In this document: positions 8,997-17,962 of the stretch, piece after piece
Numbering within the stretch: the first letter of the stretch is position 1
How the letters are laid out: every line of letters begins with the position of its first letter
Assembly: GCA_049510745.1 (NCBI GenBank)
Contig: JBEKYR010000045.1
Coordinates: forward strand, 1-40,205
DNA length: 40,205 nucleotides
Direction of reading: 5' to 3'
Source of the DNA: Verrucomicrobiota bacterium
GTDB taxonomy: Bacteria > Verrucomicrobiota > Verrucomicrobiia > Limisphaerales > Palsa-1400
The notes under the pieces: model-generated
What the model saw: only the letters and a program-made list of their open reading frames with translations
Database searches by the model: none
Told to the model about the DNA's origin: nothing
Made by a program: the position numbers and the translations under genes

Positions 8997-11471
8997 ATGG
9001 CCGAACAGTTGGAGAACCTTCCCGCGCTCAATCGCGTCGCCATTCCCGACCTCTGGCAGCAACAGGCCGTCACCGCCTTGCGCGAGGGCAAGGATGTCGT
9101 GGTGCAGGCCCCGACGGGCGCGGGCAAGACCTTGATCTTCGAGTTGTGGTCCAATCACGGGCGCAATCGCGGCCAGGCCATTTACACCGTGCCGACTCGC
9201 GCCCTGGCCAATGACAAACTGGCCGAATGGCGCGCCCGCGGATGGGACGTGGGCATCGCCACCGGCGATTTGTCGGAAAATCTCTCCGCCCCGGTGGTCG
9301 TGGCGACGCTGGAGACCCAGAAAAGCCGCCTCATCCAGGGCGACGGCCCGGCCCTGCTGGTGGTCGATGAATACCAAATGCTGGGCGACCTGGATCGCGG
9401 CCTCAATTATGAGCTGGCCCTGGCGCTGGCTCCCCCGCAGACGCAGTTGCTCCTCCTCAGCGGCAGCGTGGCCAATCCTCACGCCGTCGTCCAATGGTTG
9501 CAGCGGCTCGGACGCCAGGCGGTCCTCATTCGCCATGATTTGCGGCCCGTCCCGCTGGAGGAAGTTCACGCCAATCATCTCAATTATCACGTGCCGGAGG
9601 AAATCCGCGGTTACTGGCCGCGCCTGGTGGCCAAGGCGCTGGCCGAAGATCTGGGGCCGATCCTCATTTTCGCCCCCCGCCGCCAGGGCGCCGAATCCAT
9701 GGCCGGTGAATTGGCCCGCCTGTTGCCCACGCCCAATCCTCTGAGTTTGAGCGCGGAACAAAAGGCGCTGGCGGGCGAATATCTGGCCCGGATGCTCAAG
9801 TGCCGCATCGCTTATCATCACAGCGGTTTGAGTTACGCGGCGCGGGCGGGCGTGGTCGAGCCGCTGGCCAAGGCCGGCCAGTTGCGGGTGGTCGTGGCCA
9901 CCATGGGCCTGGCCGCCGGCATCAATTTTTCCCTCCGCAGCGTCGCCCTGGCCGCCGACTCCTACCGCTGCGACGACCGGGAACAATTGCTGCGCGCGGA
10001 TGAAATCCTGCAAATGTTCGGCCGGGCCGGCCGGCGCGGACTCGACGAAACGGGCTTCATTCTCATCACGGCCAATGAACTGCGCCTGCTCGACGCCCGC
10101 CCCTGCCATTTGGCCCGCGGCGGGTTGGTCGATTGGAACGTCTTGCTCGGTTTGATGGACGCCGCCGCCGCCCAGGGACGCGACCCTTTCCGCCAGGCCG
10201 TGCGCGTGCAGGAACGCCTTTTCACCACCCGCCCCATTGCCCTCGGCGCGGAAGAATCAATCCAGCATCCCGAGGCTCCGTGCGGCCTGAAAACGGACGC
10301 CGAACGCGCCCGGCATGTCCGCCGCCGCGTCTGCCAGATGCTCAACAGCCGGGGCGAATGGGAGAATTTTCCCGCCCCGACCGACCGTCCGGCCGGCCAG
10401 GTCCGGGTCATGGAAAGCGCCGAGACATTGCGGACGCATTCCGCGCTGGCTGACACGGCCGCGTTGGAGAAACCGGGCGGGGGCCATCTCGGCCTGTTGA
10501 GCGAGGACGAGCGCGGAAAAATTTATGGACGGGCCGCCACCGTTGGCGAGCTGCTCAATGAGGATCGGGTTCTGTTGACCAAATGGGTCCGGCGCCTGAC
10601 CAACTGGAACGGACGCCAGGTCCCCCGCGCGGTCTGGGACCAGAAAATCCTTCCGTTGCTCGAAAAAAAATTGGCCGAACAAAAGACGCCCGTCGTGCGG
10701 CTCGCGCGGGAAGACCAGCGCATCATCGCCCATCTCAGCCTGGCCGAAGCCCCGATGCGCGTGCCGGTGGATGCGCACGGGGTGGCGCTCTGGAAGCCCT
10801 TCGAGCGCGAAGTCCTGCCGCCGGATTGCGCGGTTTGCCCGCTCGTTCCCGTCTGCGGAAATCTCCCGCCCGCCACGGGCGTCGCCTTGCTCTGGCGTCG
10901 GCTGGGGCTGATTAACGCCGAGGGCGCGCCAACACGGCGCGGAAAGATCGCCAGTTTCTTTTCGCAAGGCGACGGCCTGGCGGTGGCGGCGGCGTTGGAA
11001 GACGAAAGTTACCCTGTCAACGAGATGATTTACGATTTCGCCAACCTCGACGCCAGCTTTCGCTTTTGCGGGGAGGAGAATCGCTGGGCGGGCCGCCTGG
11101 CGCTCGCCTGCCAGAAGGCCTTCGGGACGCAGTCGGCGCCGGGCTACCTGGAATCGGGCGTGCCGCCCAAATACGGCGCCGGCGCCGAGCAAGTCGTGGC
11201 CGCCGTGCATAAGGACCCGTCGGGCAAGCACGCCTGGGTCACCGAGACGCTGGGCGCCGGGGACATTGACCGCATCATCATCGAGTGGCGCAGCACCTTG
11301 CGGCAGATCGCGCACGCGCCCGACGTAGATTGGCCGCGCTGGCGTCAATTACAAATCCGGGCGCGCGAGCTGTTAAGCGAAACCGAATCGCCGACCATCA
11401 CCGACCTCCCGCCGCTGGAGTATCACCAGACAAAACGGGTGGACCACCGCCTGATTCTGCGCAGGCACTGA
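8997..11471 (+). CDS. Ski2/HelY-like SF2 (DEAD/DEAH box) helicase
   Basis: APTGAGKT, PTRALAND, DEYQ, LSGS, HHSGL and QMFGRAGRRG. Start placed at ATG 8997; the ORF is open from 8766. Confidence 0.88.
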   Translation: MAEQLENLPALNRVAIPDLWQQQAVTALREGKDVVVQAPTGAGKTLIFELWSNHGRNRGQAIYTVPTRALANDKLAEWRARGWDVGIATGDLSENLSAPVVVATLETQKSRLIQGDGPALLVVDEYQMLGDLDRGLNYELALALAPPQTQLLLLSGSVANPHAVVQWLQRLGRQAVLIRHDLRPVPLEEVHANHLNYHVPEEIRGYWPRLVAKALAEDLGPILIFAPRRQGAESMAGELARLLPTPNPLSLSAEQKALAGEYLARMLKCRIAYHHSGLSYAARAGVVEPLAKAGQLRVVVATMGLAAGINFSLRSVALAADSYRCDDREQLLRADEILQMFGRAGRRGLDETGFILITANELRLLDARPCHLARGGLVDWNVLLGLMDAAAAQGRDPFRQAVRVQERLFTTRPIALGAEESIQHPEAPCGLKTDAERARHVRRRVCQMLNSRGEWENFPAPTDRPAGQVRVMESAETLRTHSALADTAALEKPGGGHLGLLSEDERGKIYGRAATVGELLNEDRVLLTKWVRRLTNWNGRQVPRAVWDQKILPLLEKKLAEQKTPVVRLAREDQRIIAHLSLAEAPMRVPVDAHGVALWKPFEREVLPPDCAVCPLVPVCGNLPPATGVALLWRRLGLINAEGAPTRRGKIASFFSQGDGLAVAAALEDESYPVNEMIYDFANLDASFRFCGEENRWAGRLALACQKAFGTQSAPGYLESGVPPKYGAGAEQVVAAVHKDPSGKHAWVTETLGAGDIDRIIIEWRSTLRQIAHAPDVDWPRWRQLQIRARELLSETESPTITDLPPLEYHQTKRVDHRLILRRH

Positions 11472-11479
11472 ACCCCGGC

Positions 11480-11917
11480 CTATTTCGCCCCCTGGTCGAT
11501 CCAGGCGCGGATCAAGCCGATTTGCTCCTTCGTCAGAGGCCCGGCGTTGGCTTTGTTTTTCGGCGGCGGCATGTAATCGTCCGGGTCGCCGACCTGGGCG
11601 ACTTGCGCGACCATCACGCTTTTGGCGCTGTTGCCCGCGACCAGCACCGGGCCGTCCTCGCCGCCTTTCAGCGCCAATTCCAAAGTGTCCAGGCGCAGCT
11701 TGCCTTTTGGCTTCGGCGTTTTGGGGCCGTGGCACGGGTAGCAGGACTTGGCGAAGATCGGCTGAATGTCCGCCGCGTAGGTCACGCCCTGCCTGGTCGA
11801 GGCGGGCGGCAGCAGACTGGGATCGACCGGCGTTTTGGCCTTGTCAGCCGCCAGCGCGCAAACGCCCGGCAGCATCCAGCCGCAAATGAAGAAACGAACC
11901 AATGATTTCGACAACAT
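11480..11917 (-). CDS. Secreted planctomycete-type cytochrome c domain protein (PSCyt1-like)
   Basis: Signal peptide, IQPIF..SCYPCHG...KGKLRLD, GG..GP....G....S, MPP and LIRAWIDQGA. Confidence 0.88.
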   Translation of the reverse strand: MLSKSLVRFFICGWMLPGVCALAADKAKTPVDPSLLPPASTRQGVTYAADIQPIFAKSCYPCHGPKTPKPKGKLRLDTLELALKGGEDGPVLVAGNSAKSVMVAQVAQVGDPDDYMPPPKNKANAGPLTKEQIGLIRAWIDQGAK

Positions 11918-11971
11918 GCCGCGTATTTATCCAAAAACTTGCCGGCACGTCAAACGGTATTTTGGCCGCGC

Positions 11972-12282
11972 TGGAGACGGAATTGAAAACTGCAAATTGA
12001 GTAATGCTTCAGTGACGGCGGGAAAAAGCAGAGCTTAAAAAAATTCTCATTTCGCCGTCTGCACAGCCCCGTGAAATACCTGGATTCCGTCTGCACATTT
12101 TCCTTGACAAATGGAGAGAATTTAATTTAGCATACCCGCATTACGGCTTTCAATGCGGGTATGCTTAATTTCGCATTTCCCGCCATCACTGAGGCATTAC
12201 CAAATTGAAAATTTTGGATTTGCAATTGTCAGATACACGGTCCGTAACTGTTGCGTGGTATTCAATGGGCGCGTCGTCTCCG
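11972..12282. repeat. 103-bp dispersed repeat, copy A (interrupted by the MITE)
   Basis: 11972-12000 joined to 12209-12282 aligns without gaps to 12926-13028, with 15 mismatches in 103. Confidence 0.85.
12001..12200. mobile_element. 200-bp MITE with IS66-like ends
   Basis: 25-bp terminal inverted repeats GTAATGCYTCAGTGAYGGCGGGAAA (2 mismatches), flanked by a perfect 8-bp direct repeat CAAATTGA (11993-12000 and 12201-12208). No transposase inside. Confidence 0.85.
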
Positions 12283-12325
12283 CGTCTTCAGCAAAAGAAG
12301 GGCACAGTTTGAAACCTATGGTCGC

Positions 12326-12772
12326 TCAATTCTGCTTCCAGTTGCAGATATCGTCACGGCCGCCGACCTGTCCGTCCGGCCCCATCGAACTGAGGTCGTA
12401 GCTCTGTGCATTGTGCCTGCCGGGGCATTCATAGATGTAATCGTGACCCCAGGGGTCCTTTGGAACGAAACGTCCGAGATATGGCCCATGCCAATTGGTC
12501 GCGCCAGGCGGCCTCTGCATCAAGAAAAGCAAACCATTTGTCCCGCGGGGGAAATAGCCGTTGTCCTCCTCAAAAGCAGCGAGCGCCGTCCCAAGAAGGG
12601 ATATTTGGGTAATCGCCGATGGCTGGTGGTCGTAGTGGCCGGATCGGAATATGCCCCCGGGCGACGGGACGATCCCTGCCAGGATGGCAGCCAGACAGAG
12701 CAAAAACATCACCGCTATCCACCTGCGCACGACAGGTGGTTTGCTATCATTTGGGCCAGGCTGTTCGTTCAT
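12326..12772 (-). CDS. gspG: Type II secretion major pseudopilin GspG-like protein
   Basis: N-terminal hydrophobic helix, I..L..AL..F..DNG.FP, NWHGPYL...VPKDPWG..YIY..PG......YDL.S.GPDGQ.G..DDI.NW. A canonical G/FTLIE cleavage site is not evident. Confidence 0.82.
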   Translation of the reverse strand: MNEQPGPNDSKPPVVRRWIAVMFLLCLAAILAGIVPSPGGIFRSGHYDHQPSAITQISLLGTALAAFEEDNGYFPRGTNGLLFLMQRPPGATNWHGPYLGRFVPKDPWGHDYIYECPGRHNAQSYDLSSMGPDGQVGGRDDICNWKQN

Positions 12773-12787
12773 AAGCTAAACGCGACC

Positions 12788-12803
12788 GCACAAACCATGC
12801 CAA
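12788..12803 (-). promoter_or_regulatory. Putative sigma54 (-24/-12) promoter for gspG
   Basis: The minus strand reads TTGGCATGGTTTGTGC (GG-N10-GC), ending 16 nt upstream of the ATG. A palindrome TGCGCAATGATTTCGCA at 12844-12860 could be an enhancer-binding-protein site. Confidence 0.55.
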
Positions 12804-12925
12804 CTAAGCGCCCCTGGGAAGCCGGGGCATTTTTACCTCATTCTGCGCAATGATTTCGCACGAGGAAGGAGAAGAGGGGCAATAATTGCGCGAGGCGGCG
12901 CCACGATTCCGCCGCCACGCCGCAT

Positions 12926-13028
12926 TGGAGACGGAATTGAAAATTGAAAATTGAAAATCTTGAATTTGTAATTGTCAGATATGCAGTCCGCAACTGTCGT
13001 ATGGCATTCAAAGGGCGCGTCGGCTCCG
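12926..13028. repeat. 103-bp dispersed repeat, copy B (overlaps the stop codon of the upstream permease)
   Basis: About 85% identical to reconstructed copy A; contains AATTGAA heptamer tandems. Confidence 0.85.
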
Positions 13029-14681
13029 TATGTTATGCAGCGTTGTGCCGAAGAATCTTCCGAGCCGGCCCCAAAGGCTGAGTCTGGAGTCGGACATAGG
13101 AACGGCCCATCGTCGAAAGTTTTTCTGTAATTGCCGGCGCGCGATTTTGCATAGGGCGACATCCAGCCCCAACCCGATGATCAGCCAAAGAACCCAGGGC
13201 TGAATTGGCTCCTCTAAAACTCCCAAGGCAAGCAGCGTGGCGATAATCGCGCCAATCACCAACCACGGCACGACGCAGACGGAAATGACTGCACTCACCG
13301 GGCCGCCCTGGGCTTTGGGCAGCGCCATGCCCCTCCACATCGCCATCCAAGCCAGGGCAATCATGTCGGGCGCCAACATCGTGGTGGCTGTCAGGATAAA
13401 ATAAATGAGTCCACCGTTCTCGTGTCGAGGGCCTCCCAGCCGCCACGCCTCCGCGACCGTCACCAAACCGAGCGCCATGACCGCCACTGCCGGCCACAAA
13501 AACAATCGGCGCAGGACCAGCCACTGTCCGGCGAGGATCTCACTGACCGACAAGGGCGTGCAACAGAGCACCGTTTCCAGGCTGCCGTTGCGCCGTTGCG
13601 CTTCGAAAAACCCGCCGGCGACGTTGGCAATTCCCAGCTTCAAAATTAGATGGAAGCCAACGACCGCGATAACGAATGAGGGGGGATAATCTTCCCGCCA
13701 TCCGTTGCCTTCGCGCGCACTCAAAATGCGAATGCCGGCAATGACCACGCCGAAGATTCCAAATACGGCCCAAGTCGTTGCGGGACCGACTCCTCTTCGG
13801 CTTACCAGCCAGAAGAATGGATTGATGCCGAGCAGGCGCCGTCGAAAGGCCGCTTGCGCCGCAACGGTGCCAAAGCGCAATTGTTCAAACCAAATGCGGA
13901 GGCGTTTCGGCGTCCTGGGTTTCTCCTGCCAGCGATGGGGCAAGGTGAAACTGGCCAGCGCCAGAAATAACCAGCCATTCAAATGCACCGCCGCCAGTGA
14001 GAGGACATAGGGCAACACGCCCCGAAAACGTGAACCAGCCGACAGCGCGATGGAAACTGTATGGGCCGGATTGAATAATTGATACAAATCCGCCCTCCGC
14101 CAGTGATACGCGTTTGCCAACGTGGAAAGTATCGTCAGCCCGCTCAGGTAAAAGAACAGAATCAACCCCGAAAATCCGGCGGCATTTTTTTGGTCGCGGA
14201 ACCAGGCCGATCCCAGCATGGCCGCCGCGTAGGAGAAGAAAAACAGATTCAAGACCGCCAGCGATGTCTCCCAGAATTGGACGGCGGTGACGCCGCCCAG
14301 GAAAATCGAGAGGGCCAATACGGGCAAGGCGGCCAGGGCCGCATAAAACGACGGCACTCCCGAGGCAATCAGTTTGCCGAGAACAACATCGTATCCTTTC
14401 AGGTCAGTCAAAAACAGCAGGCCAATTGTCCCTTCCCGTTTCTCTTTGCTGATGGCGTCGCAACTGGCCAACCCGCTGATAACGGCCCATACACAAAGAC
14501 AAGTCGCAACCGCCGCGAAGATCGGCTTGCCATCAGACCGGCCCGGAATGATTTGAGCGAGCAGCAGCATTTGTCCCCCGAGGAGGGCCGTAATCCCCGC
14601 CATGGTCACGCGAGTGTAATACGTCCTCCATCGCCGCGCCGCCATCCGCAGCTCACGGTCAACAATCGGGAGAAGAATCAT
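13008..14681 (-). CDS. ABC-2 type transporter permease-like membrane protein (two internal halves)
   Basis: LPIVDRELR..ARR...Y, ISKEKREGTIGLLFLTDL...DVVLGK, a second half with RRNGSLE..L.TPLS..EIL.GQW, and many TM segments. Start placed at ATG 14681. Confidence 0.8.
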   Translation of the reverse strand: MILLPIVDRELRMAARRWRTYYTRVTMAGITALLGGQMLLLAQIIPGRSDGKPIFAAVATCLCVWAVISGLASCDAISKEKREGTIGLLFLTDLKGYDVVLGKLIASGVPSFYAALAALPVLALSIFLGGVTAVQFWETSLAVLNLFFFSYAAAMLGSAWFRDQKNAAGFSGLILFFYLSGLTILSTLANAYHWRRADLYQLFNPAHTVSIALSAGSRFRGVLPYVLSLAAVHLNGWLFLALASFTLPHRWQEKPRTPKRLRIWFEQLRFGTVAAQAAFRRRLLGINPFFWLVSRRGVGPATTWAVFGIFGVVIAGIRILSAREGNGWREDYPPSFVIAVVGFHLILKLGIANVAGGFFEAQRRNGSLETVLCCTPLSVSEILAGQWLVLRRLFLWPAVAVMALGLVTVAEAWRLGGPRHENGGLIYFILTATTMLAPDMIALAWMAMWRGMALPKAQGGPVSAVISVCVVPWLVIGAIIATLLALGVLEEPIQPWVLWLIIGLGLDVALCKIARRQLQKNFRRWAVPMSDSRLSLWGRLGRFFGTTLHNIRSRRAL

Positions 14682-14818
14682 GCCGTGCTGAAATTTTGAT
14701 CGCGCTTCTCTGTAACAAAAAGCCGCGCGTGTGGACAAGGCAATTCCGGAAAGGAATCGCGCCATCCGGGGTATCGTCGGGGTCAATCGTCAGGGTCAAA
14801 ACCGTGGCATTCTCCTCC

Positions 14819-14957
14819 TAGAGCAATTTCATGAAAACTGTAGCCGCTGAGGCGCAGGAATTTTGGGGAGCGCGGGCGCCCTCGCCCGCCGTGTTCGGCG
14901 CCTCGCCGAACACATTTTCCGTCGAACACCGGCTACACTATTTCTTAAACCGCTCTA
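14819..14957. mobile_element. TA-flanked MITE-like element carrying a REP-like double hairpin
   Basis: 28-bp imperfect terminal inverted repeats TAGAGC-N14-TGTAGCCG / CGGCTACA-N14-GCTCTA (21/28 match). Internal double hairpin at 14865-14913. Confidence 0.65.
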
Positions 14958-15099
14958 AGTGCGAGTGATTGCACTACAATTGCTTATGATCGTCGTCGTT
15001 TCTCCAAAAGCCACCCCACTTGAGCTTATGCAAGCGTCAGGCCAGTGGAATTGGTGTTTTTGGGTGCCCATCCCGCTCAAAAAAGAGCTTATCTTTCAG

Positions 15100-15210
15100 G
15101 CCCTTCTGCGTAATCTGCGTGATGCACCCCGAAAAGTTTCGGGGCTGCGGGCCTCAAAACAATCATAAGTCCCTATCTCTGCGATCTTTGCGTTCTCTGC
15201 GGCTAAATCC
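15100..15210. repeat. 9-bp-period TCTGCG-type tandem repeats
   Basis: TTCTGCGTAATCTGCGTGAT and CTCTGCGATCTTTGCGTTCTCTGCGGCTAAAT. Confidence 0.5.
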
Positions 15211-15384
15211 TCTTCTCCTGAAAGAATTTCTTGCATTTTCCATAAAACCATGTTACTGCATACAACGATGACTATTAGATCATCAACTTGGGCAAGGCAG
15301 GGCTCGGCTCCAGTCGCTCCGCGACCGTTTCGGCGCAAGCCTCATCCCGGTGTGCATTGTCCATTTGCCCTTGGATCGGCTCCC

Positions 15385-15554
15385 AACCGGGTAAAACCGG
15401 GTAAAACCAAGCGAAACCAAGTAGTTTTATTTTTCGTGGCAGCCAATCAACTCCAACCGATGGTATCCGTTGCCGCCGTCAACAAGGCCAAAACGGAGAA
15501 AGACGGACTAAAACGGACCAAAACGGAGCGAAACGGAGTATTTTTTTCTTTTTC
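15385..15554. repeat. Two 10-bp-period tandem arrays, each followed by a T-rich tract
   Basis: AACC core at 15385/15395/15405/15415 and ACGGA core at 15493/15503/15513/15523/15533. Confidence 0.8.
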
Positions 15555-15623
15555 ATGCCAGCCAAAGGAAAAATTGAAATTCCTTTCTTGCGCTCCCCGC
15601 CCGGCGCGCTTACATGAGCCGTC

Positions 15624-17084
15624 ATGCTTAAACCTGTGACCCTGCCGCCGCCCAAATTCGATTTCCAGCGCGCCGCCCGCGAGGAAATGCTCCGCGAAGG
15701 TTTCCAACCCGATTTTCCGCCCCCGGTGCTCAACGAGGTCCGCTCCTTTGCCGCCGCCCCTGTTCAAAACGACGCCGGCCGCGATTTGCGCGCGCTGTTG
15801 TGGTCCTCCATCGACAACTCCGACTCGCGCGATCTCGATCAGGTCGAGTGGGCCGAGCGCCTGCCCGACGGCAAAATCCGCGTCCTCGTCGGCATCGCCG
15901 ACGTCGATGCCGTCGTCGGCCGCGATTCGGCCACCGACGTTCAGGCCCGCGCCAATGCCACTTCCGTCTATACCGGCGGCCCGGTTTTTCCCATGTTGCC
16001 GGAGCGGCTCTCCACCGACTTGACTTCTCTCGGCCCAAATGTGGACCGGCGGGGGCTGGTCATGGAAGTGGTCGTGGACCAGGACGGGGCGGTCGTTTGC
16101 GCGGATGTCGAACTGGCTGTGATCCGCAACCAGGCGCAACTCAATTACGACCAGGTCGCCGCCTGGCTGCAATCCTCCGCCGCCTCCGCGCCCCCGGCCC
16201 TGCGCGACCAACTGCTCCTGCAACAGGAGGCCAGCCAGCGGCTCAAGGCCTTCCGCAAGGAGCAGGGCGCCCTGACGCTGGGCGGCGTGGAAAGCGTGCC
16301 CGTCATAGTCAACAATACCGTTCAAAGCTTCGCCCTCCTCCGCGACAGCCCCGCCCGCGACATCATTGAAAGCTTCATGATCGCCGCCAACGTGGCCATG
16401 GCCCGCTTTTTGCGCGCCCGCAACTCCCTCTGCCTCCGCCGGGTGGTCCGCACTCCCAAACGGTGGGACCGCATCCAGGCCCTGGCCGCTCCACTGGGGT
16501 CCAAGCTCCCGGACGCGCCCGACGCGAAGGCGCTGGATGAATTTTTGGCGGCGCGCAAACAGGCCGACCCGGACGATTTCCCCGAATTATCGCTGGCCGT
16601 GCTCAAAGCCCTCGGCCCCGGCGAGTATGTGGTCGAGCATCCGGGCGCCGAGCACGAGGGCCACTTTGGCCTGGCGGTCAACGATTACACGCATTCAACT
16701 GCCCCCAACCGCCGTTACGCGGACCTGGTCATGCAACGGCTTTTGAAGGCCAGCCTGCGGCAGGGTCCCGGCCTCTATGCGGAAGCCGAATTGTCGCAAC
16801 TGGCCGCGCACTGCACCGAGCGCGAATCGGCCGCGCGGCACGTCGAGCGGTTCATGAAGAAAGTCGCCGCCGCCTTGATGTTGGGACAGCAAGTGGGCGG
16901 TATGTTTGACGCGCTCGTCACCGGCGTGTCGCCCAAGGGAACCTTCGCCCGCCTGCTCACCGTGCCGGCCGAGGGGCGCGTCCTGCGCGGCGAGCGCGGG
17001 CTGGACCTCGGCGAAAAAATCCGCGTCCGCCTGGCCGGCGTGGATGCGGCCAGGGGATTCATTGATCTTGAGGCGGTGCGGTGA
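15624..17084 (+). CDS. RNB-domain exoribonuclease (RNase II/R family)
   Basis: SIDNSDSRDLDQ catalytic motif, IESFMIAAN, HFGLA...YTHSTAPNRRYADL and a C-terminal S1-like region. Confidence 0.92.
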   Translation: MLKPVTLPPPKFDFQRAAREEMLREGFQPDFPPPVLNEVRSFAAAPVQNDAGRDLRALLWSSIDNSDSRDLDQVEWAERLPDGKIRVLVGIADVDAVVGRDSATDVQARANATSVYTGGPVFPMLPERLSTDLTSLGPNVDRRGLVMEVVVDQDGAVVCADVELAVIRNQAQLNYDQVAAWLQSSAASAPPALRDQLLLQQEASQRLKAFRKEQGALTLGGVESVPVIVNNTVQSFALLRDSPARDIIESFMIAANVAMARFLRARNSLCLRRVVRTPKRWDRIQALAAPLGSKLPDAPDAKALDEFLAARKQADPDDFPELSLAVLKALGPGEYVVEHPGAEHEGHFGLAVNDYTHSTAPNRRYADLVMQRLLKASLRQGPGLYAEAELSQLAAHCTERESAARHVERFMKKVAAALMLGQQVGGMFDALVTGVSPKGTFARLLTVPAEGRVLRGERGLDLGEKIRVRLAGVDAARGFIDLEAVR

Positions 17085-17087
17085 ATG

Positions 17088-17110
17088 AAAAAACCCCGCC
17101 TCGGCGGTTT
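17088..17110. terminator. Possible bidirectional terminator between convergent genes
   Basis: A-tract, CCGC-CTCG-GCGG hairpin and TTT between the two stop codons. Confidence 0.35.
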
Positions 17111-17951
17111 ACGATTTGATGTCGCGGACTTGGAAGGCGAAGCTCCCGATGATGAAGAAGGTGAGGTTGAATCCGAAAAGGATGCTCAACGATTCGCAGA
17201 TGTCGGGCCACGGAATCGGCTGCATGAAGACTCTCATCCAGAAATTCAAATGATAGGTGATGAACCAGGCCTGCAAATCATGAAAATAGGGGATTTCCTG
17301 AATCAGCCGGCTGACCATGAAAACGGACAGCGCCAGGATCGTCGCGGCGGCGGGTTTCATGTTGAAACACGAAAACATCCATCCCATTCCCATCACGGTG
17401 ACCGCCTTGACGGTCAGCAGCGCCATGGCGGAGGCGTAGCGCACCGTGCCTTCGCCCCCGTCGAACACACCGAAAACACCTTCCATCGGCAGCAGCGCAA
17501 ACATGCTGCCCGGCGGGAAAAAAATCGAGGCAAAGGCAATTCCGGAAACCCCGAGCACGACCACCAGCACGACGGAAAACAGGGCGCCGGCCAGCCATTT
17601 GGTCGTGACAATGCGCAGGCGGGAAACGGGCCGCGAGAGGATCATCCGCAGGGTGCCGTCCTCGGCCTCCTTGGCCACCAGGTCGCCGCCGACCAGCGCG
17701 ACGTACAGCGGCATGAGCAAGTAGGCCACCGGCACCATCATCGCCATCCCCATGGTCAGGTTGGACATGAATTGATCGGCCGGATAGCCCATCAACTCCA
17801 GGCGCCGGACCATGTCGCGGCGCGGCCCATGCGAGTAGCGGAGAAGAAGGATGATGACGGCCTCGGCCAGAAGAAACGTTCCGAAACCAATATAGGTGCG
17901 TTTCTTGCCGAACAACTTCCACAGCTCGTTGCGCAGTTGATAATAGAACAT
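17109..17951 (-). CDS. ABC-2 transporter permease
   Basis: GGDLVAKEAEDGTLRMILSRPVSR..I...KW and about 6 TM helices. Start MFYYQ at 17951. Confidence 0.88.
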   Translation of the reverse strand: MFYYQLRNELWKLFGKKRTYIGFGTFLLAEAVIILLLRYSHGPRRDMVRRLELMGYPADQFMSNLTMGMAMMVPVAYLLMPLYVALVGGDLVAKEAEDGTLRMILSRPVSRLRIVTTKWLAGALFSVVLVVVLGVSGIAFASIFFPPGSMFALLPMEGVFGVFDGGEGTVRYASAMALLTVKAVTVMGMGWMFSCFNMKPAAATILALSVFMVSRLIQEIPYFHDLQAWFITYHLNFWMRVFMQPIPWPDICESLSILFGFNLTFFIIGSFAFQVRDIKS

Positions 17952-17962
17952 GGCGCGAAGAT

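Noticed and set aside
11972..13028. 103-bp repeat pair as a DGR template/variable repeat or as integron attC sites
   Set aside because: Mismatches are mostly transitions rather than adenine-specific. No reverse transcriptase or integron integrase is in the window, and there is no clear RYYYAAC...GTTRRRY architecture.
15250..15639. 129-aa ORF across the 10-bp arrays (and similar short ORFs at 32962-33944)
   Set aside because: Low-complexity translation of 10-bp repeats, which do not respect codon periodicity, with no homology cues.
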